From contig CAZFIH010000002.1 of NCBI GenBank assembly GCA_964519445.1, forward strand, positions 6,130 to 42,353: a DNA stretch of 36,224 bases, in the 5' to 3' direction. Every line of letters starts with the position of its first letter. Position 1 is the stretch's first letter. The notes under the pieces are model-generated. The model was not told the origin of the DNA. It saw nothing but the letters and a program-made list of their open reading frames with translations, and ran no database searches. The DNA comes from an uncultured Bdellovibrionales bacterium. Its GTDB lineage: Bacteria > Patescibacteriota > Minisyncoccia > Moranbacterales > UBA11712. Of this stretch, positions 23,095 to 31,897 are shown piece by piece. The translations under genes and the position numbers were made by a program.

Positions 23095-24261
23095 CTAAAA
23101 ATTCAGTCGATAAAGCTTTCCATCTCTTTTGTTTATGAAAAAAAGAGACTGACTGTCTTTCCCGAGGAACAAGTTGAGCGCGTCAATCGGGGAAGAAATT
23201 TTTTCCGCGTCAATAAGGCGCTCTTTTTTTCCGTTTGACACTTCAATTTTCCAAAAGGTATCGGCCGTTTGCACTTTGCCTTCCTGCCAGTCGTCGGGGA
23301 GGATGGCGGAGCCGGGAATGTTTCCCGGAAGGGCGCAAAAAAGATATTTCGAGTCATGAGACCAGGCGCATTTTGAAGAGAATGTGGGGAATCCGAGTGA
23401 CTGAAACTGTCCGCCCTGGGAATTCATGGTGGCCAGATCCGTTTTGTGCCCGCCCTTTTGGTCGGAATAGCTGACAGCGGCCCATTTTCCGTCGGGCGAC
23501 CAGAGAAGACTGACACCGTAGCGGCCCTTGAGGATTCCTTTTTTTTCTTCTCCTGAAAAAGAGACAATCTCCACCGAAGTCGGGGTGAAGGCGCTCGGAC
23601 TGGGCCAGAAGGACACAGAAGATGTTCCCGGAACGGCGACGATTTCCAAACCGAAAAAATTCGTGACTGCCAATTGGGTCCAACTGGATCCGTCCGGATC
23701 AGAAATGTTTATTGACCTTTCTTTTTTCTTTGAGTCGTAGAACTTGTAGATTATTTTGTCTCCCAGATTCGACCAAGCGACCGAATCCGTGTCCTTTTTT
23801 AGTTCGGTGGAGGTTCCAGATTCAAGATCAAAGAAAAAAAATCGGGGGGATGCCTCGTCGGCTTCTTCTGTTTCGATTATCGCCTGTTTTTTTGATTTGT
23901 TCCAAATTGCCTTCTTTATATTTTCAAATTTTCGGTCCGAAAGGACCTTATCGAGCTTCCCGTCAGGATTGACTTGGTTGAGCTGTCCGTTGCTTCCCAG
24001 AAACAAATAGAGGCCATTTCCGCTTGGAGAAAGAGTGGCGCCGAAAACCGGCTCTTCGGAAATCGCTTTGAGAGAGGTATCGCCTGTTGATTCAGAGCCG
24101 AGATCTTCAACAGAGGGCTTTTTTCCTTCTTCAGAGGCGACTTGCGTCTTGTTGTCTCCCTGGCTCGCGGAAGGCTTTTTGAAAACGAAGTTATACACAA
24201 AAATGACCCCGACAAGGAGCACCAAGACAAGCGTGGATATGGCGAATATTTTTTTGGCCAT
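23095..24261 (-). CDS. membrane-anchored TolB-like beta-propeller protein (PD40-like repeats)
   Basis: N-terminal TM segment AISTLVLVLLVGVIFVYNF. Repeated motifs LLWSPDGKWAAVSY, AWSHDSKYLFCAL and VAWSNLGDKIIYKF. Confidence 0.55.
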   Translation of the reverse strand: MAKKIFAISTLVLVLLVGVIFVYNFVFKKPSASQGDNKTQVASEEGKKPSVEDLGSESTGDTSLKAISEEPVFGATLSPSGNGLYLFLGSNGQLNQVNPDGKLDKVLSDRKFENIKKAIWNKSKKQAIIETEEADEASPRFFFFDLESGTSTELKKDTDSVAWSNLGDKIIYKFYDSKKKERSINISDPDGSSWTQLAVTNFFGLEIVAVPGTSSVSFWPSPSAFTPTSVEIVSFSGEEKKGILKGRYGVSLLWSPDGKWAAVSYSDQKGGHKTDLATMNSQGGQFQSLGFPTFSSKCAWSHDSKYLFCALPGNIPGSAILPDDWQEGKVQTADTFWKIEVSNGKKERLIDAEKISSPIDALNLFLGKDSQSLFFINKRDGKLYRLNF

Positions 24262-24267
24262 TGGAAA

Positions 24268-24810
24268 TTACCGGTTGAAAAAATAATAAAGGAGAAGATC
24301 TTTTATCTCTTCCGGCGGGTTTCCGAAAAATTCATAGCCGAGAGCAGAACCGACTCTCTCAATCAAAAGATAGGCTTTGCCGGAGGATCCGTCATGGGCG
24401 ATAATGGTTCCCGTTCCGCCGCAGTTTCTTGGCTGGCAGCCGGAAAGAAGCAAAATTTCCCTTCCGTCGCCGAGCCAGGTTTTTTTCGCCGGCGGCGACA
24501 CGCCGATATCATTCGGGACAAAATCGCCCTTGATGTTTTTGACGGAGGCCAGAATTTCCGGATTGTTATTGAGAAAATCGAGGGAATTCGCGGACTGTTC
24601 TTCAAGCTCGAAAATCTTTTCAGTGTCCGGTTCTTGAGGATAATATACTCCAGGCTGGTTGTCTTCCGGGAGTGGCGACGGCGTTTGAGCAGGAGACGCC
24701 TCAAGAGGCACTTGAGAGTCGGTTCCCCTTCTGGCCAAAAGAAGTGTCGCCGCAACGGCTAAAATTATGACGAAAACAGCCGTGAAGATTATTATCTTTG
24801 ATTTGGACAT
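24268..24810 (-). CDS. membrane-anchored protein with an Ivy-like (inhibitor of vertebrate lysozyme) CxPxxC loop
   Basis: N-terminal TM segment. WLGDGREILLLSGCQPRNCGGTGTIIAH (CQPRNC at 24421-24438) resembles the E. coli Ivy segment LGDETYQVMSACKPHDCGSQRIAVMW, which I recalled from memory. The CDS call is solid; the family call is tentative. Confidence 0.5.
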   Translation of the reverse strand: MSKSKIIIFTAVFVIILAVAATLLLARRGTDSQVPLEASPAQTPSPLPEDNQPGVYYPQEPDTEKIFELEEQSANSLDFLNNNPEILASVKNIKGDFVPNDIGVSPPAKKTWLGDGREILLLSGCQPRNCGGTGTIIAHDGSSGKAYLLIERVGSALGYEFFGNPPEEIKDLLLYYFFNR

Positions 24811-24854
24811 AAAATTGATTATTTAATATCGGAAAGTTATCCGGATTTTGAAAA

Positions 24855-25709
24855 TTACATCATGCGCCACCCGTAGGCTTGCCTTTTTCCGATCACGCTG
24901 GGGACAAACCTCCTTGTTTCTTCGGGAACCGCGGCTATAGTGCCGCTTTTGTATTTTTTATAATTTCCAGGTCCCCAGTTGTAGGCCATAAGGCCTCCTT
25001 CCAAACCGTATTTGGCTATCATTCCAGAGGCGTATTTTGTACCGCCTAAAATATTTTGTCGGGGATCGAAGGAATCGGATACTCCGAGATCTCTCGCTGT
25101 GCCGGGCATGAGCTGCATCAAGCCTTGGGCGCCTTTTGGACTGGTTTGGCCGTTGATTCCACTACTTTCCTGGTCAATCAAGGCCCAAATGAGGCTTTCA
25201 GAAACGTTGGGATATTTTTGGGCGGCTTCTTTTATGATCGTGTCGTATTGGGCGATTCTATCTTTGGTTGTTCCGCTTATGGAAACGGCACCGTACTTGC
25301 TGCTCAATAAACTGGTTCCCGATCCGGTACCCAATCCTGAAATTCTGGACAAATCAAACTCAATAAAATCCGGATTTATTTTGTAGAGAATCACCCAGGC
25401 GCAAAGGCCGAGAAGAAGCCCGAAAATGGCCGAGCCGATGGTCTCCTTGGCGGATTCTACCTTGCCCAGATTACCAGCGGCCATGAGATACTGATAGGCG
25501 CCGATAACAAGCATGAAGAGGGCCAGAATGCCAATTGTCGCAAAGCCGAAGTTGATAATATCTTTCAAGTATTGGGCAAAATCAGTTGTCGGCTCGGCTC
25601 CCGGGATTTTTTCCTGGTTCTGGTATTGAGCCAAAGCCAGCGACCAGCCTGACAGAATGGCCGTCGCGCCAAAAAAAATGTAAAAAATTTTCTTTCTAAT
25701 ATTTTTCAT
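24855..25709 (-). CDS. fusion of a CPR-type T4SS pilin (VirB2/TrbC-like) domain and an SLT lytic transglycosylase (VirB1-like) domain
   Basis: The N-terminal half has a two-TM hairpin with GAYQYLMAAGNLGKVESAKETIGSAIFGLLLGL, the T4SS_pilin pattern. The C-terminal half has SLT motifs LIDQESSG, GLMQLMPGTA and AYNWGPGN. I prefer the start at MKNIRKK (25709). Confidence 0.8.
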   Translation of the reverse strand: MKNIRKKIFYIFFGATAILSGWSLALAQYQNQEKIPGAEPTTDFAQYLKDIINFGFATIGILALFMLVIGAYQYLMAAGNLGKVESAKETIGSAIFGLLLGLCAWVILYKINPDFIEFDLSRISGLGTGSGTSLLSSKYGAVSISGTTKDRIAQYDTIIKEAAQKYPNVSESLIWALIDQESSGINGQTSPKGAQGLMQLMPGTARDLGVSDSFDPRQNILGGTKYASGMIAKYGLEGGLMAYNWGPGNYKKYKSGTIAAVPEETRRFVPSVIGKRQAYGWRMM

Positions 25710-28629
25710 ATTCGGCAGGCAAGCGATTTGCCAGGCCGTAGAGGGCGGCACTGGCGAAGTACATTACTCCGATGGTGAGAACCAGCCGGAGAAGATACAT
25801 GAAATAGTGCGGCAGATGGGTGCCGATGGCGGCCAAAATCTGGCCCGGTTCATTCAGGGCTGTTTCTTCAAAGGGAGACAGGAATGTCGTGGCGACTGTC
25901 GCTGAACCCGATCCTCTGGCGTTTTGGGGGGCAACGCCCCAGGCGGTATAGGAAATGGCTCTTTCTTCATCACTCCAGTATTTTTCAACGTCTGCCGACA
26001 AATTATAATAGACTCCTTCCGCGTCCGCCGTCTGAAATTCAAAAACCTGATTGTTGTTTTCGAGGTTAACGGCCCCGGAAAGACTGTTTTTTTCGTAAAA
26101 GTCGTAATCGTAAACGCTCACGCCGTTCATATTCCATTCGATTTCAGTGTTTAGGTCGTCACCAAGAATATAATACGGGACGAAATCCAGGTAGAAAGAG
26201 GCGGTTGAGCTGGTCAGCGCGTCAAACATATCGCTTGATTCGACTTGGATATACGACTGTCTCCGCTCGGGGTCCTCGGTGACGTAACTGGCGGGCCAGG
26301 CCGTGCTGGTGTCGGCGGATTTTATGAAAGCAGCCGGTTCCACCACGGTGACAAGGCGGCTTCCGGCCACCGGCTGAAGCTCGCCTTTTTTGGTCGCCGT
26401 CACGCTGACTTCTTCAATTTCCTGTGTTTGCTTGGTAATTGGAAAAAAAGCAATGTTGCTGTCCCAGCCGGAAAAAAGCGAAGAAGATTCGGGCGGCGGA
26501 TAATGAGGATTTCCGTTGACGGTCCAGGCGAATTCGGAATTACCGTTTGTGTATTTCCCGCTCGTGACCTTGGCGGCCAGCATCTGGTATTGAACGGCCG
26601 GGCAAAGATGGGCATAGAGCCCGTCGCTGCAAACTTCTTCACCAATGGCGGCTTTACCGTTGACGATTTCCACTTTGTGAAGAGAAAGGCGGATGCCATT
26701 CTTGTTTACGCCGATGATGACGCTCGAGCGGCCGCGGCCGGCATCAATTTCGGAGGAACGGCTGGCGGTAAGAGTCACTTTGAAATAGATGATGTCATCG
26801 GATCCCGAAAGAGCGCTGGTTTTGGGGATTAGATTGAGCTGGGTTATCCCGATTCCGCTGGTGGATCCGCTGGTATCGAAATTGTCCGGAATGCTTATTT
26901 CCCTCCAGGAATCGCTTCGAGGGTCTCCCCGGGAAACCTGCCACTGGTAGTATATTTCTCCCGGATTAAGATTGGTGTTGTCCATTGATGAGATGACTGT
27001 TATCCGGTCGGCGTTTAAAATGGATCCGTCGCTGTCGATATTTTCGCTGTTGGCTGAACTGGGATCGGCTTGCGGATTGTCCGGTGAAAAAGTGAGAGAC
27101 ACTTTCAAATTTTCCTCTAGTTCCTCGCTGGGAGAGCGAGTGGCCAGAAAACCGTAGCCGTAGTCGTCCGAGTCGTCGCACTTGTCGTCGTTCATGAGCT
27201 TGGTTTTGGTCGCGTCGCAGACATCCGGATAGCCCCACATAATTTTGTAGTAGGCGTTTTTTTCATCGGTCGGAAGCATGGAGGTTCCCTCCACAACGAG
27301 ACCAAGCCGGTCGCCGGCCTGATATGTCCAAGTGAAGCTCTGCTGGCCGAGGCCAATAATATCGGCTTCGTCAGAAAACCCATCCCCGTCCGTATCCGGA
27401 TCAAGCGGATCAGTGCTCCAGTATTCCTCTTCGCCACTAGGGAATTTTCCGGATCCGGAGCTGTATCCCGGCGCGTCTTCCCATTTGTGCTTGCAGGAAA
27501 CCGGATAATCAATTCCTGAATCATCTTCGGCTCGAAATCCGCTGGCGTCGTAGTTGGTTCCGAATTTGTGCTTGTAACAGCGGGACACTCCGGCATATAT
27601 TTCTTCGTTGAAACTGGTATGAGCGTCATCCCAGCTGGTCTGGCACTGGGAAAATTTGCTGGAAATGCAGTCGGAAACATCGCTTTGATTGCAGTCGGCG
27701 TAGCTCGTGTAACAGCTGTCGTAGGATGAGTCATACGAAGTGGGGCAGTATGCCGTGTCTATGTCAAAGTTTTCATAATTCAAATCCGCCGGATTGGCAA
27801 CCAGATAACAACACTTGTTGCGGTTGACTTCGCAGTCGTCGGCCGGCATAGTGAGGCTGTTTCGGCACTCCTCGCAGTAATAGTTGCTTTGGGTGCTTTG
27901 AAGGGTGTAATAGTAGGTTGAGGGGGTGTATACTTTTTCGTCTCCGGCGTCAGTGAAATAGCTGCACTCACTGGCGCTTGGATTTCCCAAAGAGCGGCAG
28001 TAAGTGTCCGAATCCGTGTATTGCTCGGTCGATTTCTCGTTGAGCCCCCCTACTCCGTCGGCTCCTCCCATAGGAGCCGCTTTGTCGTCCTCGTCGTAGC
28101 TGTTGTCGTCCACCGCCGGCCAGCCGTCATTGTCGGGGTCAGCGCTGGGATTGGAGTAGTTCTGGCCGTCCAGATCCGGGTCATAGTCTCCCCGGGCCAT
28201 TATCCTGGAGGCCTCGCGGATTCCGGACTCGATGCTGTTGGTGGCTGTTTCTATGCTTCCGTCTTCGGTGTGAATCAGGTACCAGGTGTAGTAGAGGTTA
28301 TGAGGGTCATTTTTGAAAAATTCCGGAACAGCGTGAGCTGTCACTTTCTCTCCCGCCTTGGGGTTGGTATTGTCGAAAAAAATTTCTACCCGGGGAGCGG
28401 GAAATTTTCTTTTGGAAGCCCTCCAGACATCATCGTCGAATCCATAGCGCTCTTCGACCGCGGAAAAAATTCTTTCCTGATTTGAGCTCGACAGAATCCT
28501 ATTCAAAGCTTCATCGGCGTTGGACCCGGCGTCAAAGTCAACCCATTGGGCGTGGGAAAAGGAGGGAAACAGAAGCGAGAAAGCGAAAAAAAGGTTGAGA
28601 ATAATTTGAAATAGCTTTTGTTTTTCCAT
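25696..28629 (-). CDS. 977-aa secreted/anchored Cys- and Asp-rich surface protein with TSP3-like Ca-binding repeats
   Basis: Signal peptide MEKQKLFQIILNLFFAFSLLFPSFSHAQ. DPDLDGQ..DPDNDG and DPLDPDTDGDGFSDEADI repeats. 14 Cys in a stretch of about 180 residues (counted by eye). C-terminal TM segment YFMYLLRLVLTIGVMYFASAALYGL. Confidence 0.8.
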   Translation of the reverse strand: MEKQKLFQIILNLFFAFSLLFPSFSHAQWVDFDAGSNADEALNRILSSSNQERIFSAVEERYGFDDDVWRASKRKFPAPRVEIFFDNTNPKAGEKVTAHAVPEFFKNDPHNLYYTWYLIHTEDGSIETATNSIESGIREASRIMARGDYDPDLDGQNYSNPSADPDNDGWPAVDDNSYDEDDKAAPMGGADGVGGLNEKSTEQYTDSDTYCRSLGNPSASECSYFTDAGDEKVYTPSTYYYTLQSTQSNYYCEECRNSLTMPADDCEVNRNKCCYLVANPADLNYENFDIDTAYCPTSYDSSYDSCYTSYADCNQSDVSDCISSKFSQCQTSWDDAHTSFNEEIYAGVSRCYKHKFGTNYDASGFRAEDDSGIDYPVSCKHKWEDAPGYSSGSGKFPSGEEEYWSTDPLDPDTDGDGFSDEADIIGLGQQSFTWTYQAGDRLGLVVEGTSMLPTDEKNAYYKIMWGYPDVCDATKTKLMNDDKCDDSDDYGYGFLATRSPSEELEENLKVSLTFSPDNPQADPSSANSENIDSDGSILNADRITVISSMDNTNLNPGEIYYQWQVSRGDPRSDSWREISIPDNFDTSGSTSGIGITQLNLIPKTSALSGSDDIIYFKVTLTASRSSEIDAGRGRSSVIIGVNKNGIRLSLHKVEIVNGKAAIGEEVCSDGLYAHLCPAVQYQMLAAKVTSGKYTNGNSEFAWTVNGNPHYPPPESSSLFSGWDSNIAFFPITKQTQEIEEVSVTATKKGELQPVAGSRLVTVVEPAAFIKSADTSTAWPASYVTEDPERRQSYIQVESSDMFDALTSSTASFYLDFVPYYILGDDLNTEIEWNMNGVSVYDYDFYEKNSLSGAVNLENNNQVFEFQTADAEGVYYNLSADVEKYWSDEERAISYTAWGVAPQNARGSGSATVATTFLSPFEETALNEPGQILAAIGTHLPHYFMYLLRLVLTIGVMYFASAALYGLANRLPAEYEKY

Positions 28630-28630
28630 T

Positions 28631-29302
28631 TTATTTCAGGTTGCTTAGGATTTCTTTTATTAGTATTATATCCGCTGTCACGGATACTAGCCAGATGAAA
28701 GCGAAAGAATAGTAGATCGAGCGGCTAAAACGAACCATGGCTCCGGCAATGACGGCTGATAAGAATGCCGTTGCGACTGCCAGCCAGGAAACCTTGAGAA
28801 AAAGGAGAGCGTAGATTGCCGACTGGCCAAGAATGGCATAATACCCGAATTTTCCCTCAAGTCCCAGCTGGAGAAAGCCCCGAAAAAAGAACTCCCGGGA
28901 GAAAAAAACAACGCTGGCAATAAGAAGCTCAAACCAGAGAAAGGCAACAAAACTGGTGGCAATGGGCGCGTAAATCCGGTAGCTGTTCTCGAAACCAGCC
29001 TCAATGATAAAGAAGTAATTCAAAAAAGAGAACAGAGCTATTGCGGCCAGGGCAGTCAGGACCCCCTTTTTCCAGTTGCCGACAATCAAACCAAAACGGG
29101 AAAACTTTTCCTTGAGCAGAAATTTGATAATAATGGCGGGAAAGAAGAGAAAAAGGAGTAAATTGAGCCAAAACCACTCGCCGGGCAGATCAGAAGGAAA
29201 AATAAAGCGGATGGAAACGGCTAAAAGCGCGCAAAAGGCGATAATTATTTCCCGGTTGTATTTTTGGATATAGGCTGATTTTTTTTCAGGTATTTTGATC
29301 AT
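28631..29302 (-). CDS. CPBP (CAAX protease/Abi)-like intramembrane protein, apparently catalytically degenerate
   Basis: Multi-TM protein. SREFFFRGFLQ sits in the position of the EExxxR motif, with the first Glu replaced by Arg. The 223-aa sequence contains no histidine, so the FxxxH and HxxxN motifs are absent. Confidence 0.55.
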   Translation of the reverse strand: MIKIPEKKSAYIQKYNREIIIAFCALLAVSIRFIFPSDLPGEWFWLNLLLFLFFPAIIIKFLLKEKFSRFGLIVGNWKKGVLTALAAIALFSFLNYFFIIEAGFENSYRIYAPIATSFVAFLWFELLIASVVFFSREFFFRGFLQLGLEGKFGYYAILGQSAIYALLFLKVSWLAVATAFLSAVIAGAMVRFSRSIYYSFAFIWLVSVTADIILIKEILSNLK

Positions 29303-29335
29303 TTTTTTGATAATTGAAACTGCCAGAAATATTTT

Positions 29336-30025
29336 TCAAGCTGTCGCGGGAGCTTCTACTCCCGGTTCCTCCTCCGATTCCTCGGATGTTCGATCATAGA
29401 GCACAAATCCGTACAGAACGAATACTTGAAGAAATGCCAGCGGCAGCCAGCCGATGCCGGGAAGAGCTTCCGAAATGAAGGCCACCGAGAGTCCGACGAA
29501 ATACTTGGCCATGCCGCGGTTGCTGATTTTGGCGCCGGCCAAAACCAGAATGACGACGGTGAGGCAAAGCAGCAGGATTTCTCCTACGAAAGTTACCACC
29601 ATGCCCACGGCGATGGCGGCTTGTCCGAGAACGGGAACCCAGCCGCCGGCCGTGCCAATGGCGGCGAAGGCGATGTCAAAAATATCTTTGAGAAAGGCTG
29701 CCGGAGCAAGAACAAACAGGAAGAGCCAGTCCCGGCTAAGATCCATTTTTTTGAGAATGTCAGTCGCGAAAGAAAACATTTTAGGCGCCGTGGAAGTTTT
29801 TGAAGCGACGCTTTTGGGCAAAGCGGGGTTTCGCCTCTGCAGCCGGTTCAGCTTATTTTGAATGCGGGCTTGCTCTTGGGCGGGAAGATTTTGGAAATTA
29901 CTTTGCGCTTTGTTGAATTTCTGGAGGTAGCGGCTTTTTATTTCGTTTTCAAGCCGCGGCGAACTGGCCGTCGCTTGAGAAGGCAGGGTGGCTGGCTTTT
30001 GGTCGTGATAGTTTTCAGACGGCAT
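29336..30025 (-). CDS. hypothetical membrane protein (polar N-terminal region, about 4 TM helices)
   Basis: 229-aa ORF between virB4 and the CPBP-like gene. The N-terminal part is Q/N/S-rich, the C-terminal part is hydrophobic, and the tail is acidic. Confidence 0.65.
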   Translation of the reverse strand: MPSENYHDQKPATLPSQATASSPRLENEIKSRYLQKFNKAQSNFQNLPAQEQARIQNKLNRLQRRNPALPKSVASKTSTAPKMFSFATDILKKMDLSRDWLFLFVLAPAAFLKDIFDIAFAAIGTAGGWVPVLGQAAIAVGMVVTFVGEILLLCLTVVILVLAGAKISNRGMAKYFVGLSVAFISEALPGIGWLPLAFLQVFVLYGFVLYDRTSEESEEEPGVEAPATA

Positions 30026-30070
30026 GTGAATAAAAAATCCAAATTACAAAACCCAAAATTCAAATATGAC

Positions 30071-31876
30071 TTACGCTTTTTTTTGTTTCGCTTTTCTCTC
30101 TAAAATCTCCGCCGGATCAGATGTCACCAGCTGGTCTTCCGAATAGGAAGCCACAATCTGAATAGCGACATGCTTGAGTCCCGCGAAAAAGATTCCCTCT
30201 CCGACGTTCGATTCGAGGAGCATGAATTTTTCCTGGTCAGTGAGATAAAAGGTGTCCCCCACCACGTCAATTGCCGCCGGCGATTGCTTGAGAAGAAGCT
30301 GAATGGACGAATTGGTGACGATTGGTTTCCCGTAGCGCGAGGCCAAGAAGTCGGTGATGTCCTGGGTAATGGTCGTGAGGCCGGCAAAATACTTGCGGCA
30401 GCGCTTGGCGATTCCAAACATGAACGATCCGGCGTCTTCGTACTGCATCATGACCCAAGCTTCGTCAACCACAATGAGTCTTTTCTTGAGCTTCGAGCGA
30501 ATTTCGTTCCAAATGAAGTGAAGAACGACATACATAGCCACCGGCCGAAGCTCCTCTTCCATGTCCCGAATATTGAAAACGACCAGCTGGTTTTCCAGAT
30601 TGACATTGGAAGGATTGTTGGCAAATCCGGAAAAAATCCCTTTCGTGTATTTCTCAAGACGGATCGCCAGATCTTTGGCTCCCTCCATGCTTTGGAGCAC
30701 TTCGTACAGATCCGACATAGTGGGAACTTGCTCACGGCCAAAAGAACGGAGATTCGATTCGGGCGTGATATCTTTCATGGCGTAGGTTTCGTGAATGGCC
30801 CGGTCCAAAATGGAATCCTCTTCAGGGGTGATATTCCCGAGCATAATATGAAGCAGGCCGATCAGATTGGCAATATTGTTTCGGAAAACATCCTGCGGAT
30901 CCTCATCTTCCGGGATTTTGGGAAGGTCAAAGGGGTTGAGATGGTAGTCGGAGTTGAGCGAGACGTTTATAAAGCTTCCTCCGACGGCCTCACAGAGATA
31001 CTGATATTCATTTTCCGGGTCTATGACAATAACTTCCGTTCCGAGCATCAAAGAGCGCAAAATCTCAAGCTTCACGGCATAACTCTTCCCGGCTCCCGAT
31101 TTGGCGAAAATCACCATGTTGGCGTTTTCCATTTCAAAGCGGTCAAAAAGAATGAGACTATTGTTGTGACGGTTGATGCCGTAGAGCACGCCGGTATTGG
31201 ACGAGAGATCGGAAGAAACAAAGGGGAAAGTAGTCGCCAAAGGAGAGCTGTTCATGTTGTTCCCAACCCCCAGTTCGTCGTTGGCGATAGGAAGAGTGGA
31301 AACAAAGCCCTGTTCCGTTCGGAAAACCGCTTCTTTGACATAGACGAGCCGCGACTCCATGAGAGACTGCACGAAGCGTGCCGATTTGTCTATTTCTTCC
31401 TTGCTGTTTCCGTAAAAAGTTATGTAAAGGCCGTATTTGAAAAACCTTTCTGTCCCCTGCTGAAGCTTGTCGCGCAGATCTTCAATGTCCTGGCGGGCCG
31501 TTTCCAAGATCGGGTCACGAACTTTGCCTGTTTCGGCCTCAATGTGGATCTGGGATTCGACTTGGGTCAGGGACCGGCGCAGACTTTTCAAGATTTCCGT
31601 TGTTTCAACCGGATGGATAAACATGGAAATATCCATCGGCATATCAAGGTTGATGGCGGGAGAGAACCAGCTCGTCTGAAGGTATCTGGGGTAGGTAGTG
31701 GCAAAAATAGTCTTGGCGTACGTCTCGCCGACTTGGATGAAAGTGCTGTTCACGCGCAGGGCCGCCGGAGCAATGAGATCAATGACGGAAGCCAGCCCCT
31801 CGTGGTATATCCGGTCCGTATCGCTCGTTGCTTCAATTCCGGGAACCTTTTGTTTTTTCTTGGAAAAAATGGCCAT
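30071..31876 (-). CDS. virB4: VirB4/TraC/TrbE-family type IV secretion ATPase (DUF87-type)
   Basis: Walker A is FAKSGAGKSYAVK and Walker B is RLIVVDEAW. The N-terminal domain pattern is IAPAALRV...YAKTIFATTYPRYLQTSWF. Length is 601 aa. Confidence 0.92.
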   Translation of the reverse strand: MAIFSKKKQKVPGIEATSDTDRIYHEGLASVIDLIAPAALRVNSTFIQVGETYAKTIFATTYPRYLQTSWFSPAINLDMPMDISMFIHPVETTEILKSLRRSLTQVESQIHIEAETGKVRDPILETARQDIEDLRDKLQQGTERFFKYGLYITFYGNSKEEIDKSARFVQSLMESRLVYVKEAVFRTEQGFVSTLPIANDELGVGNNMNSSPLATTFPFVSSDLSSNTGVLYGINRHNNSLILFDRFEMENANMVIFAKSGAGKSYAVKLEILRSLMLGTEVIVIDPENEYQYLCEAVGGSFINVSLNSDYHLNPFDLPKIPEDEDPQDVFRNNIANLIGLLHIMLGNITPEEDSILDRAIHETYAMKDITPESNLRSFGREQVPTMSDLYEVLQSMEGAKDLAIRLEKYTKGIFSGFANNPSNVNLENQLVVFNIRDMEEELRPVAMYVVLHFIWNEIRSKLKKRLIVVDEAWVMMQYEDAGSFMFGIAKRCRKYFAGLTTITQDITDFLASRYGKPIVTNSSIQLLLKQSPAAIDVVGDTFYLTDQEKFMLLESNVGEGIFFAGLKHVAIQIVASYSEDQLVTSDPAEILERKAKQKKA

Positions 31877-31897
31877 CAGGAAAAATAATTTTTACTT

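Noticed and set aside
24142-24762. 206-aa + strand ORF
   Set aside because: It is antisense to the Ivy-like gene and Arg-rich (RRRRHADI, RRRLSRRRLKRHLR), which is typical of antisense frames. The minus-strand product has a clean N-terminal TM anchor and sits in operon context.
26245-28485. Several + strand ORFs of 60-195 aa (for example 26245-26832 and 28021-28485)
   Set aside because: All are embedded antisense in the GC-richer 977-aa gene. None has motifs, and the minus-strand frame is uninterrupted for 2.9 kb with a signal peptide and anchor.
30170-31888. 572-aa ORF on the + strand, the longest 'extra' ORF in the track
   Set aside because: It is entirely antisense to the VirB4 gene, whose Walker A/B motifs and N-domain are unambiguous. 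The + strand translation is Arg/Gly/Phe/Val-rich with no motif. It is a typical shadow ORF.
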